From the NCBI GenBank assembly GCA_026004655.1, contig BPJO01000003.1:122254-186253 (forward strand): a stretch of DNA of 64,000 nucleotides, written 5' to 3'. A program made the translations under genes and the position numbers. The DNA is from Phycisphaerae bacterium (GTDB lineage: Bacteria; Planctomycetota; Phycisphaerae; Tepidisphaerales; Tepidisphaeraceae). This document shows, in pieces, positions 48,759-57,652 of this stretch; the first letter of the stretch is position 1, and each line of letters opens with the position of its first letter. Below the pieces are notes generated by a model, which was not told the origin of the DNA, did no database searches, and worked only from the letters and a program-made list of their open reading frames with translations.

Positions 48759-50117
48759 TGCGTTGTAGTCAGCTGCAACCCAATTCTCCGCAAGGTTTTT
48801 GAAAGCTCAACCGCCTTGATCGCCAGGTCGGCGACTTCGTCGTTGTCGTGGTCGAGGCATTCGAGTTGGAGCCGAATCGCCGACTGCCGGTCTTGCATCT
48901 GGGCACGCTTGGCGGCGAACTCCTCCTGCGTGATCTCGCCCTCGATCCGCAGGTCAAGCACCGACTGCATCTTCGCGGCGAGTTGATCGTGCTGCCGGAG
49001 CAGATCGACGCGCCGCTGCTTGTTGTCGGCCTGCCCGCTCTTGGCCCGAGCCTTGATGACCTCGACGAACCATGCCTGCGTCTCGGCGTCCAGCTTGATC
49101 GTGGCGAAGAAGGCGAGGAGTTGCTGGTCGATCTGGCGCTCGTTCAGCCGGTGCTTCGGGTGTCCGTCGGTCGCGTAACCGCTGCAGCGGTAGTAGTAAT
49201 AGTCTCGCTTCGTTCCGCCGGGCGACTTCTTGATCTTGTGCTCGCCGGTGACGACCCGCCCGCAATGAGCACAGGTGATCAGTCCGCCGGCAAAGGTCAG
49301 TTGGGGCTGGTGGTAGACCTTGAAGTCCGTGCCGAATCTCTCACGCACACGCTCGAAGGTCGCCAGGTCGATCAGGGGCTCGAAAGATCCGTCATACCAG
49401 ACGCCCTGATACTGCACTTTGCCGACGTAGATCTTGTTGTGCAGGATTCGGTGCAACGTCGACTTGGTGAAGCGCGGCTGGCGGTCGGTGTAGATGATGC
49501 CTTGACGGGCCAGGGTATCGGCGAGCGTCTCCAGCGTGTGGGGACCGTACGCGAAGAGTTCGAAGATGCGCCGCACCTTCGGGGCTTGAATCGGATCATG
49601 CTCGACGATGCTGCGGCCGTTGACGCGGACGAGCCGTAGGCCGTACTGACGACCCAGCGGCAGGCCGCTTTCGATCCGACGTCTCTGGCCTGATCGAATA
49701 TCGGTCGCCTGCTGGTCCGTCTGATACGAAGCGAATACCGCTGACATCCGTCGCTGCATCCGCCCGGCGGGCGTCTCGCCGGTGGGCTGGTCGGGGAAGA
49801 ACAGAGGCACGCCGGTCGATTCGCTCAGCGCTTCCAGGTCGGCCCAGTCCCGTAGATTGCGGGCAGCGCGATCGACTTTGACGAACAGCATCCCCCGCGA
49901 GGCGGCGGTGGTTCTGCTTTACGTACGCAGTGAACTCGCGGAAGGACTGCCGCTCCTCTCGCTTGCTCGCGGTCTCGGCCAGCTTGAACAGCTTCACGAC
50001 CGACCCGCCGAGCCGCCGCGCGAACTCTCTCAGCCGCGACTCCTGATCGTCCAGCGAGAACCCCTCGTTCTTCTGCCGTTGCGAGCTGACTCTTGCCCAA
50101 GCCACGAACTGCTTCAT
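48743..50117 (-). pseudogene. Large serine recombinase, interrupted by one frameshift in a C5/G5 run (49892-49896)
   Basis: The N-terminal resolvase domain starts at ATG 50117 after AGGAG (MKQFVAWARVSSQRQKNEGFSLDDQ, with the catalytic Ser motif). It reads ...AYVKQNHRRLAG and then leaves frame. The frame of ORF 48743..49891 continues MLFVKVDRAARNLRDW..., followed by the recombinase domain, a zinc ribbon (CAHCGRVVTGE...YYYRCSG) and a coiled coil. Removing one G restores a single ~457-aa ORF. Confidence 0.8.
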
Positions 50118-50226
50118 CACGCAAGCTCCTGTTGAATCCTTTCCGCATGGAGCCACGTTTTTCGACGACTTCAATAGGCCCGACTCGGCGGTTGTTGGAA
50201 ACGGTTGGCTGGCGACAATTGGCGAT

Positions 50227-52020
50227 GTGAACGGAAGCTTGGCGATCAGGAACCAGCAAATCTCTGCAATAGTTCCCGATGGCACTGCTGGCATTTATCG
50301 TCCTTTGGATTTCAGCGGACCGGTCCAAGTCACTGCGACTCTGAAGGAGATGAATGGGTTCAATGGACGGTTTCGTCGATACGATCACAGCTTGTTAGTG
50401 CGCAACAATGGGAGCTTGAACACTGGTTACGGCCTGCATTTCACTCGCGGCGATGATCATTTTTCCGATTCAGCGATTCGGGTGGTTGATGGCGTGACGG
50501 AAGTCGCGAGTGTTTCCATTCCATTGCAGTTCGGCTCGTCGATCAGAGTTTCCGCTACTTTTGAGTCGAACGGTCGCATTTCGGGACGGATCGATAGCGG
50601 TGGTGGAAGCCATGACTTTTCATTTGGTCCAAGAAGCGTTGTCAGTTCCGGAAGCAACTTCGCATACCAAAGCAGCTTCGCTGATGGCCGCGCAGACTCG
50701 TATACGTTCGCTCGCATGGATGACGTTAGTCTGTCGACCGCACCAGCACCCCCGGCGCCGCCAACGCGTGCAGTACCAACTCCGATGCCACCGCGAGAAG
50801 GGGCAAAGAATCTCATCTTGGTAACGCATGGCTGGCGAGGTGGGGGCGAAGACTCGGCGAGTGCTGTTCAGCGTATGGTTCACGCGCTGAGCGATCATGT
50901 TGACACGTCCGAGTGGCAGATCGTTCCGTATGACTGGTCTTCGGACGCGGACACTGTATCGCCCGGTGTTGCGGGGACTCGTGCGATCGGCATCGGCCGG
51001 CAGAGGGGGTTGGAGATCGTCGCCGCAGGGTATGAGAAGGTGCATCTGATTGGGCATAGCGCGGGGAGTTGGCTGATCGATGGTATTGCCGATCAGTTGA
51101 ACAAGGAGACGGAGGTTCAACTCACTTTTTTGGACGCATACGTGCCGAATGGCCACGCGTTACTCGGAGACACCGCAGATTGGGCTGAACACTATGTCGA
51201 CAATCGGCTGGTCCCCGGTACGAATGAGACTTTAACCCATGCGTTCAACGTGGATGTGACCGAACTTGATGTGCGTGATCTTTCCGTGAATCCGAAGACA
51301 CGGGTCGAACAGGTTCACGGCTGGCCGGTTGAATGGTACATAGACTCGATTCGTACACCATCAGGCACAGGCTCCACTGCCTATGGCTTCGGCCATGCTC
51401 TCGCTATCGAGGCCACTGGTCATCTTCCGAGTGAAGCCGTGTATCCGGCCAATGTACGAGTATCACTACCGGTGGATGCGGCATCTTCCTCCGCGATTGT
51501 TCACGGCGCGACACTGTTGGTAGAGGCACCGGCGTCTCAACAGGCCGAAGTGGCGACAGTGTGGCATGCCCCTGTCGCTCTCTCGATGCTTACGCAACAA
51601 GTAAGTAGCTTAGACGACGTTACGTTTCCCACGGATGAGGCTGTAGAGCTGAATACGACTTCCAGTGCGTGGATGTCCGGACTCTTGGAAGTGTCTGAGC
51701 CAGCAAACATGCTCTCCATGCGGACAATCCTTCCCGCTGGGGCGGACGGCATCCTGACGGTCTATCTGGATGAGGTTTTGGTAGCCGAGTTGGATCCGAC
51801 CGTGCTGTTTGGTGAGTATTATGTCACGTATCTGGGGTTTGATTTAATCCCCGGTATCCATTCGTTGGCTTTGAGGCTTGACTCGCCGACCGGGTTTGAA
51901 ACTAGTGTGGAGATCAGCCAATTCCAACTGGGCATGATACCGGAACCCACATCTTTACTGGGTGCATGGTTGTTGGCTTGGTACCCGTCAGCTCGTCGTC
52001 GCCGCGTGGCGAACTTTTGA
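50227..52020 (+). CDS. Alpha/beta-hydrolase (lipase/esterase-like) with an N-terminal lectin-like domain and a C-terminal PEP-CTERM tail; possibly 5'-truncated
   Basis: 597 aa. The hydrolase motifs are LILVTHGW and the nucleophile elbow GHSAGS. The C-terminus is IPEPTSLLGAWLLAWYPSARRRR. There is no signal peptide. The frame is open upstream to 50047 without a start codon and runs antisense into the recombinase gene. Confidence 0.6.
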   Translation: MNGSLAIRNQQISAIVPDGTAGIYRPLDFSGPVQVTATLKEMNGFNGRFRRYDHSLLVRNNGSLNTGYGLHFTRGDDHFSDSAIRVVDGVTEVASVSIPLQFGSSIRVSATFESNGRISGRIDSGGGSHDFSFGPRSVVSSGSNFAYQSSFADGRADSYTFARMDDVSLSTAPAPPAPPTRAVPTPMPPREGAKNLILVTHGWRGGGEDSASAVQRMVHALSDHVDTSEWQIVPYDWSSDADTVSPGVAGTRAIGIGRQRGLEIVAAGYEKVHLIGHSAGSWLIDGIADQLNKETEVQLTFLDAYVPNGHALLGDTADWAEHYVDNRLVPGTNETLTHAFNVDVTELDVRDLSVNPKTRVEQVHGWPVEWYIDSIRTPSGTGSTAYGFGHALAIEATGHLPSEAVYPANVRVSLPVDAASSSAIVHGATLLVEAPASQQAEVATVWHAPVALSMLTQQVSSLDDVTFPTDEAVELNTTSSAWMSGLLEVSEPANMLSMRTILPAGADGILTVYLDEVLVAELDPTVLFGEYYVTYLGFDLIPGIHSLALRLDSPTGFETSVEISQFQLGMIPEPTSLLGAWLLAWYPSARRRRVANF

Positions 52021-52299
52021 GACGAGTTTGGAGCCGATGACAAACAAAAAGACATACGCTCCAACATTGACTGTCCATAGCGTCGCGATGTAGGCGAGTC
52101 CAGCCCACGAATCTCCGGCACTCCATGCTAGGTACATGGCAACAAATGCGGGCATGACGCCAGGCATCAGGATTAATGCAACTTGATTCGCGAGTTCAGA
52201 CTTACCGTTGTCCATCATCATCAGCCCCAACCCGAGAATTGTAATTATTGTGCCAACCAGCAATCCCATCCTGGCTGGTCGAAATCTGATGAAATTCAT
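51988..52299 (-). CDS. Small membrane protein (3 TM), unknown function
   Basis: 103-aa ORF with three clear hydrophobic segments. Its 3' end overlaps the convergent hydrolase gene by 33 nt. Confidence 0.35.
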   Translation of the reverse strand: MNFIRFRPARMGLLVGTIITILGLGLMMMDNGKSELANQVALILMPGVMPAFVAMYLAWSAGDSWAGLAYIATLWTVNVGAYVFLFVIGSKLVSKVRHAATTS

Positions 52300-52631
52300 T
52301 TTTCTATTATAGAACGATCGCTTTGCCTGCGCAACACTTCGTGGTGCTTCTCCGTTCAGATGCAGTTGCGATAGTCGCGATTGCTGTCGGTTTGAGTTTA
52401 AGCTTGAGAGAATGGCTGTGGTTTAATCTGCTCCTCAACCCGTTTCAATCGACATGGCGTCAGTTCTGATTCTCGCGGTGGTGTGAGTGCGACTAGAGTG
52501 GTCGCGGCTACGAGGATTGTGCGGCAGATGCTTTTCGGACTGTCTGATACGGCAATGACTGATACAATCGACCCCCACTCGGCATGGACTGGCGGATGTC
52601 GCCACTGCCGCGTGAAGTCGAAGACAAAGGG

Positions 52632-53306
52632 ATGGTTATGAGTGACGAAACGCGTGAATCCGCCGTGCGTGAACTAAATGCAAACTGGACCGCTGCACTG
52701 AATCAGATTTTTTCTGGGAACGTGCCCGAGACCGCGCGGTGGGACGGTCCGGAAGCCATTGCGAATGTGTTGAATAAACTTGGCCAGCGGGCGAACTCTA
52801 ATCACATGTTCATCCCGACCGGCGGCGGTCTTGATGTTCGCGGGGCCGCTCCGTCGCCTGAGCCTGGATGTGTTGAACTCGACGTGGGTGCCGTTGCTGT
52901 GGTGAAGCCGAACGAGCTGGCTTTTCACGCGATTAGCGGTCCAGAGTGGTCGTACTTTCGGCTGGAATGTGATGAACTGGATGCGGTCGACGGGGATGGT
53001 AAATACGGATCCGAGGAACTGACCGAGTTGCAACCGGGCCGCTATGTCGATCGCAGTGCATGGGATGCTGGGTTCCATGGGTACGACGACAACGGCTTCG
53101 AACTGAAGCTCCCGCGATCGGCCCGCCTGGTTGTTCGGTATCTCCGCGGCGCATTCGTGCTCTTCTCGAAGGGATCGGTGTACAACCAGGTTTCGGAAAC
53201 CTATGACGGTCGGCACGCGAAGATGTCTGCTGAAGAATTTCGGCGATACATCCAACGATCCGCGAATTGTGACATCACGGAGCCAAATCGACCGCGACAC
53301 AAGTGA
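52632..53306 (+). CDS. Hypothetical acidic cytoplasmic protein, no recognisable domain
   Basis: Track ORF 52584..53306. ATG 52632 (MVMSDETRES) is the likely start. The composition is protein-like, whereas the antisense ORF 52674..53414 is Arg-rich and artefact-like. Confidence 0.45.
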   Translation: MVMSDETRESAVRELNANWTAALNQIFSGNVPETARWDGPEAIANVLNKLGQRANSNHMFIPTGGGLDVRGAAPSPEPGCVELDVGAVAVVKPNELAFHAISGPEWSYFRLECDELDAVDGDGKYGSEELTELQPGRYVDRSAWDAGFHGYDDNGFELKLPRSARLVVRYLRGAFVLFSKGSVYNQVSETYDGRHAKMSAEEFRRYIQRSANCDITEPNRPRHK

Positions 53307-53360
53307 GTCGCTCGCAGTCACGTACGCCTGCTCTGCGATGTATTTGGCGAGGAGATTTCG

Positions 53361-54011
53361 ATGGCCATTCCCGATGTTGTTGTGACGAAGATTCTTGTCG
53401 CGTGCGCGAGACATTGCTGCATCTGCCGGCGGTTCAAGCCGCTACATTTACATGTCCACCACATTGTCGAGAAGAGTGAAGGCGGAACCGACGACGAACA
53501 AAATCTGATTGCGACCTGCATGACTTGTCACTCGGACGTCCACACGCAGACCAAACTCACGCGTCGGTTTACGCCAGCCGAATTGAGGATGCACCGTGAC
53601 GCTGTCTACGCACTCGTGCGCGAAGGGAAGCTCCCCTCAGCGGAAGTCCACGGTGCGATCGAAAACGCCGCGGGAAGCGTTGCGCGGCAAATCATTGTGA
53701 CTCCGACAGCAGCCGGCTTGATGGCGGAGTCGGTTGAGATGTTGCTAGCGGCAGCGTGCATTCCTGATGATCAAGGGAACGGGCCGACACTTGCAGTGCA
53801 TTGGAAAGACCCATTCTTCGTCCGAGTCGGTGCCCGCAACTTTGGATCCGAAGATGCTCGCGTTGCGGCAAAGTACTCCAAGGCATTTCAATTGCTGCTT
53901 GACGGTGGATTCATCGAAAACGAGGCTGGCGTGCTGCACCGACTTACCCATGAAGGCTGGATCCTCGCCGATGAACTGCTCGCAGCAGGCGCAAAGGAAG
54001 CAGGTGGATGA
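53361..54011 (+). CDS. HNH endonuclease fused to an uncharacterised C-terminal domain
   Basis: 216 aa. The HNH/zinc-finger signature is CCICRRF...HVHHIVEKSEGGTDDEQNLIATCMTCHSDVH. The remaining ~140 aa show no motif I recognise. Confidence 0.7.
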   Translation: MAIPDVVVTKILVACARHCCICRRFKPLHLHVHHIVEKSEGGTDDEQNLIATCMTCHSDVHTQTKLTRRFTPAELRMHRDAVYALVREGKLPSAEVHGAIENAAGSVARQIIVTPTAAGLMAESVEMLLAAACIPDDQGNGPTLAVHWKDPFFVRVGARNFGSEDARVAAKYSKAFQLLLDGGFIENEAGVLHRLTHEGWILADELLAAGAKEAGG

Positions 54012-54152
54012 TTGGCCGGCGATTTGGCGACAGCATTCTTGGGTATGACAATTCGCGGGCAATTCATTTTCCGGATCGGTTCGTGTTGCCGATCCGCCCT
54101 CAACTAGCCCAACCGATCAGTACCGGACGATGAGCTCTGTTCGCTGCAATCC

Positions 54153-54659
54153 TCACGTTCGCTCAACGCCGAACATATGGTTTGGGTCGCTGATGAGCTT
54201 GATCTGGTGGTCCAGTAGTAAGTCATGCTTCCTTTGCTGTGTGCGCCACGACTGCAGACCATAGCCGAAGCATATCAGGCCGAACACAATGATGACGCTT
54301 GCGCCCAGAATTACGCGTGACTCCATCTGTACCAATTCTTCGAGAGATTTTCGCTGAGCACTCAGCCGACCGCTTGTTCTTACGAGTTCAAGGGGCAGAT
54401 CGGTGAGTGGCACCGATTTGATTTGCTCCAGACTCTTGCCTGCCTTAGCGGCATGCCACTTAAGTTCTTGATCAATTTCTCCGATCGCGACGTTCAGATT
54501 GGCACTGCGTTCAACCAAATCGACGATCAGATTGGCGGAAATGACCAGCGAACTTACCACCAGTGCGAGTCCAGCAAATGCGACAAATTTGTGCAAGTTG
54601 TCTGAAGGCAGATTGATATCGTTCATCCGTTCAAGTTTAGCGTCAAACGGATGACTCAA
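54153..54659 (-). CDS. Two-TM membrane protein with a central coiled-coil/helical loop
   Basis: 168 aa. The TM segments are FVAFAGLALVVSSLVISANLIV and VILGASVIIVFGLICFGYGL. The ~80-aa region between them is charged and helical. Confidence 0.5.
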   Translation of the reverse strand: MSHPFDAKLERMNDINLPSDNLHKFVAFAGLALVVSSLVISANLIVDLVERSANLNVAIGEIDQELKWHAAKAGKSLEQIKSVPLTDLPLELVRTSGRLSAQRKSLEELVQMESRVILGASVIIVFGLICFGYGLQSWRTQQRKHDLLLDHQIKLISDPNHMFGVERT

Positions 54660-54747
54660 AAAGTAGGAAGATACGGCAGGTTTCTAGTTGGGGGCTGGTA
54701 TTGCTTACCAACCGCTTAGGTGAGCCGTTCTGCGGAGTCCGGCACGC

Positions 54748-56661
54748 CTAATCCCAATCTTCGTAAAAATCGGGATCGCTCAGCAAATGTTTCAATATAG
54801 CCGCCATCCGATCTGCATCTTTAGTCTTTCGCCCATCAAGATCGCCAAGCATGGCGTTGAGGTATCTAAGGCCGCCGGACTTGCGGTAGATTCGCTTAAA
54901 AACCTTACGGAAGAGTGTTTGGGGTTCTGCTGACGCGAGGGCTAAGTCACCCGGGGGCCAGCCCGACCCCATGAACGTGTCAATGAGCGTTTTGCGCAAC
55001 TCTTTTCCCTTGTCCCAATCCCATATCCCGAACAGCTGTGTCGTCTCGTACGGCAGCGTGCTAGAACTGGTGACAGCTAGGTAAATATCCTTGAATGTTT
55101 CGATCACAACTTCGCTCAGCGGATATTTGGAATTGTAGATCGCGTAGCGAAACGCTTGAACTTGGAGCGCAAGTGTCGAAGAAGGACACTCGATCCTAGC
55201 TCTTTGAAGTACGGCGACCCACGTTCGAGCAACGGAAGCGTACCAAGGGGGACAATAGACCCTTAGCAGCATGTCAATCGAGTTGAGCACAACGGGCGGG
55301 GCTCGTTTGTAGACCGACGAAGGCAGCAGCAGCATCAGCTTCCACGAGTTTAGCCAGTTTTCCTTCTGCTTCCATGCTTGGTGAGTCAAAAGTGAGGCAA
55401 CGCTTGAGTACTCTTTGGTACCTAGCCACTCGTGCATTGTTTGGCTTTGTAAGTGTGGCAAACAAGCGGATTCCGGGACGCTTCCGTCGACATACCCCTT
55501 GAGTAAATCGCTAAATGTCAAGTCGACCAGAACAGAGTAATACGAACGCTCTTTGTGAAGCGCAAGGGTCGCTAGGCGGCGAGAAGAGTGTACAAAGCGG
55601 AGTCCATCGCAATCTCGAAGAACTTGAAGGATCACTTCATCCGTCCCCGGTGCCGACGGTGGACCTTCAGCCGACATTAGGAGGTCTAGAACCCGCTCAT
55701 CTTCTTCGAGGGCCTGACGAAGCCATGCCGGAAAATGTCCCAGCGAAAGCGGTTTGAGGTATTCAATAAGCACAGACGCCTTTTGCTGGTCCGGTAGCGG
55801 CTCCCCTAACAGTTTAGAAAAACCATCGGGGTCAGCGTGATAGGTCGCCGCCGCGATAGCCGCATTGTCAGCCGACCAGGAAGAATCCGCGATCGCCCAT
55901 CGTCGTACTTCGCTTGGAAAGCCCCTGACCAGGCAATCTCGAACGATCTTTTTGACCTTTTCGTTAGTTAAGTGGGGAACGATTGCGTGCATGGTGGATG
56001 GAATCTCGTCCTTGTCGATGCGCGATGTTAAGTCATCGAGCAAATCAATATCGAGCACTTCAAAGCCCTTCAGAATCGACTGTCGCAACAGTGTCGATTG
56101 CGTGGAGTGATCTCTAAGAATGGCGCGGACGGACTCTCGAATAGCCGATTCGCCCCTTCTCGCTGCGAGCACGCCGACAAACTTTCGTTCCGCTACCGGG
56201 TCATTTGCAAAAAGAAGGGAAGACACGTTGGGTAGCAAGCGAAGCGCCGCCGCTCGGCTGTCATCTGCTGCCAGCAAGTTACGGAAGCCATCGACTATTC
56301 CTTTCAAGAACCAGGAGGGTCTATCGCTGCTTCCAGGATCGTAAGAGTCATGCGGTAGCCGCGTGACGACCTCGGGATTGGTTTCGGTTCGTTTCGCGAC
56401 AGCGACCGCGATTCGAGAGCCGACAGTTTCTGCGACAGCAGTGAAGGCCGGTCGCTTCAACCGTTCTTCGATCAGGCGAAGACACTCCATGCTGTCGCTG
56501 TCGCTTGCCGTTTCGCTTGCTATTGTTACCGCTCTTTTGGCAACCTGCGCTTTGGCGGTTACACCATTCTGTGGCGAACGCGCCACTGACTCGACCAAAT
56601 CCATCGCGCCGACGGCGGCCTGCGGGGTACCTGCTTGGGCGCGAAAAGCGGTATCGATCAA
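54748..56661 (-). CDS. Large all-helical protein; probably the C-terminal 637 aa of a GAP1-like conflict-system protein (see 56893..57489)
   Basis: The ORF is predicted helical-repeat throughout. Its frame is open upstream to about 56760 without a good start. It is co-oriented with the 198-aa ORF 232 nt upstream, and an intervening third-frame ORF (56718..57200) bridges the two. Confidence 0.5.
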   Translation of the reverse strand: MIDTAFRAQAGTPQAAVGAMDLVESVARSPQNGVTAKAQVAKRAVTIASETASDSDSMECLRLIEERLKRPAFTAVAETVGSRIAVAVAKRTETNPEVVTRLPHDSYDPGSSDRPSWFLKGIVDGFRNLLAADDSRAAALRLLPNVSSLLFANDPVAERKFVGVLAARRGESAIRESVRAILRDHSTQSTLLRQSILKGFEVLDIDLLDDLTSRIDKDEIPSTMHAIVPHLTNEKVKKIVRDCLVRGFPSEVRRWAIADSSWSADNAAIAAATYHADPDGFSKLLGEPLPDQQKASVLIEYLKPLSLGHFPAWLRQALEEDERVLDLLMSAEGPPSAPGTDEVILQVLRDCDGLRFVHSSRRLATLALHKERSYYSVLVDLTFSDLLKGYVDGSVPESACLPHLQSQTMHEWLGTKEYSSVASLLTHQAWKQKENWLNSWKLMLLLPSSVYKRAPPVVLNSIDMLLRVYCPPWYASVARTWVAVLQRARIECPSSTLALQVQAFRYAIYNSKYPLSEVVIETFKDIYLAVTSSSTLPYETTQLFGIWDWDKGKELRKTLIDTFMGSGWPPGDLALASAEPQTLFRKVFKRIYRKSGGLRYLNAMLGDLDGRKTKDADRMAAILKHLLSDPDFYEDWD

Positions 56662-56892
56662 ATACAGACGGCGGATGGCAGTAGGATCATCGTCGAGATC
56701 AGCAAACAGTTCCGGTTCTAACCCATCGGTGACTGGGTTCGGATCAAAAATGCGAGCAGACCATCTGCTACACCCATTCGTCCGGGGTTACCGTGGATGG
56801 ATCTGCTGTACCCCAGATGAACTTGTCGCGATCGAGCTTTAAAAAACCGTGACATTACCTCCGCATCGGCGAACATCAGGTCAAAAGGCCGG

Positions 56893-57489
56893 TCATCGAG
56901 CGTTCGGGGCTGAAGACAGTGCGTACAGACGGAAAATCGCGCACGGAGAGCTGGCCACCACCGCGCACAATATTCGCCAGGCTGCGTGCTCGGCGGTCGG
57001 ATGATCGAACCACACAACAGGGCGCTTCCCGCGCGCGAAGAAGAGCAGTACGAACTGGTGGGTCTGTTCGACGGGAATCGGCGGAAACCTTTTGTTGGTT
57101 CGCCGTTCCGTCGCGTTCCACTCGATAGGGTTGAGGTACCATGCTGTGTCATCGCTGCCCTGCGGCTCACGATGGAGAGCGGCAAGGCCCTGCGGATCAT
57201 TTATCGTCCGCCAACTGTGCATCGGTACCAACAAAGTGTGAGTCAGCACGCATCCAGCTCTCGACGCGTGTACGTCAGACCAAGTTTTGGCAACAGCGAA
57301 GTGGGTGTTGCCGGGCAAGGGGTATGCCGTTAGGTAAGGCGTAAAAGTGGCGCTGCCGGTTGGAGTGCCCGACAGATCGCTCAAACGAGCAACCAACTCC
57401 GCGTCCTTTGCAGCCAAGCGCGTGCTTCCGGCAAGCTGCTCATGTCCACGTCGGTAACCATGTAGTAACTGATCGACCCTAATGTTCAA
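56893..57489 (-). CDS. GAP1-N2-like N-terminal domain protein (GTPase-associated-protein-1-related), possibly the 5' part of a frameshifted larger gene
   Basis: TTG 57489 lies 8 nt after AAGGAG. MNIRVDQLLHGYRRGHEQLAGS...LSDLSG...YLTAYPLPGNTHFAVAKTWSD...RAGCVLTHTLLVP matches the motif pattern (HGY..GH.LL, LSDLSG, YPLP, TW.D, R.GCV.THTLL) that I recall for GAP1-N2 domains. This is from memory and unverified. Confidence 0.5.
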   Translation of the reverse strand: MNIRVDQLLHGYRRGHEQLAGSTRLAAKDAELVARLSDLSGTPTGSATFTPYLTAYPLPGNTHFAVAKTWSDVHASRAGCVLTHTLLVPMHSWRTINDPQGLAALHREPQGSDDTAWYLNPIEWNATERRTNKRFPPIPVEQTHQFVLLFFARGKRPVVWFDHPTAEHAAWRILCAVVASSPCAIFRLYALSSAPNAR

Positions 57490-57652
57490 GCTATCGACTC
57501 CTTAGTCGGATTCTCCGTATGCCAACCAAGTGCCCAAGCAACGGGAATAGTGACGTCATTTGCTTTCTGACGCTTTCCAGACAGCGAGTGGATCACATAA
57601 CCGTATTCGTTAGGCTTACCGTGCATGGGTTCTTCGACAAGTACGTGACCCG

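Noticed and set aside
48848-49639. 263-aa plus-strand ORF inside the recombinase gene. Similar cases are 11453..12169 (antisense in GH2), 52674..53414 (antisense to the acidic protein), 40936..41382 and 32364..33011
   Set aside because: In each case the opposite strand carries recognisable family motifs, while these ORFs have skewed, motif-free composition. I treat them as non-coding shadows.
54072-54096. 8-bp stem hairpin (CGGATCGG-N9-CCGATCCG) between the convergent HNH and 2-TM genes as an intrinsic terminator
   Set aside because: The stem is real, but neither orientation is followed by a U tract, so I did not call it as a terminator.
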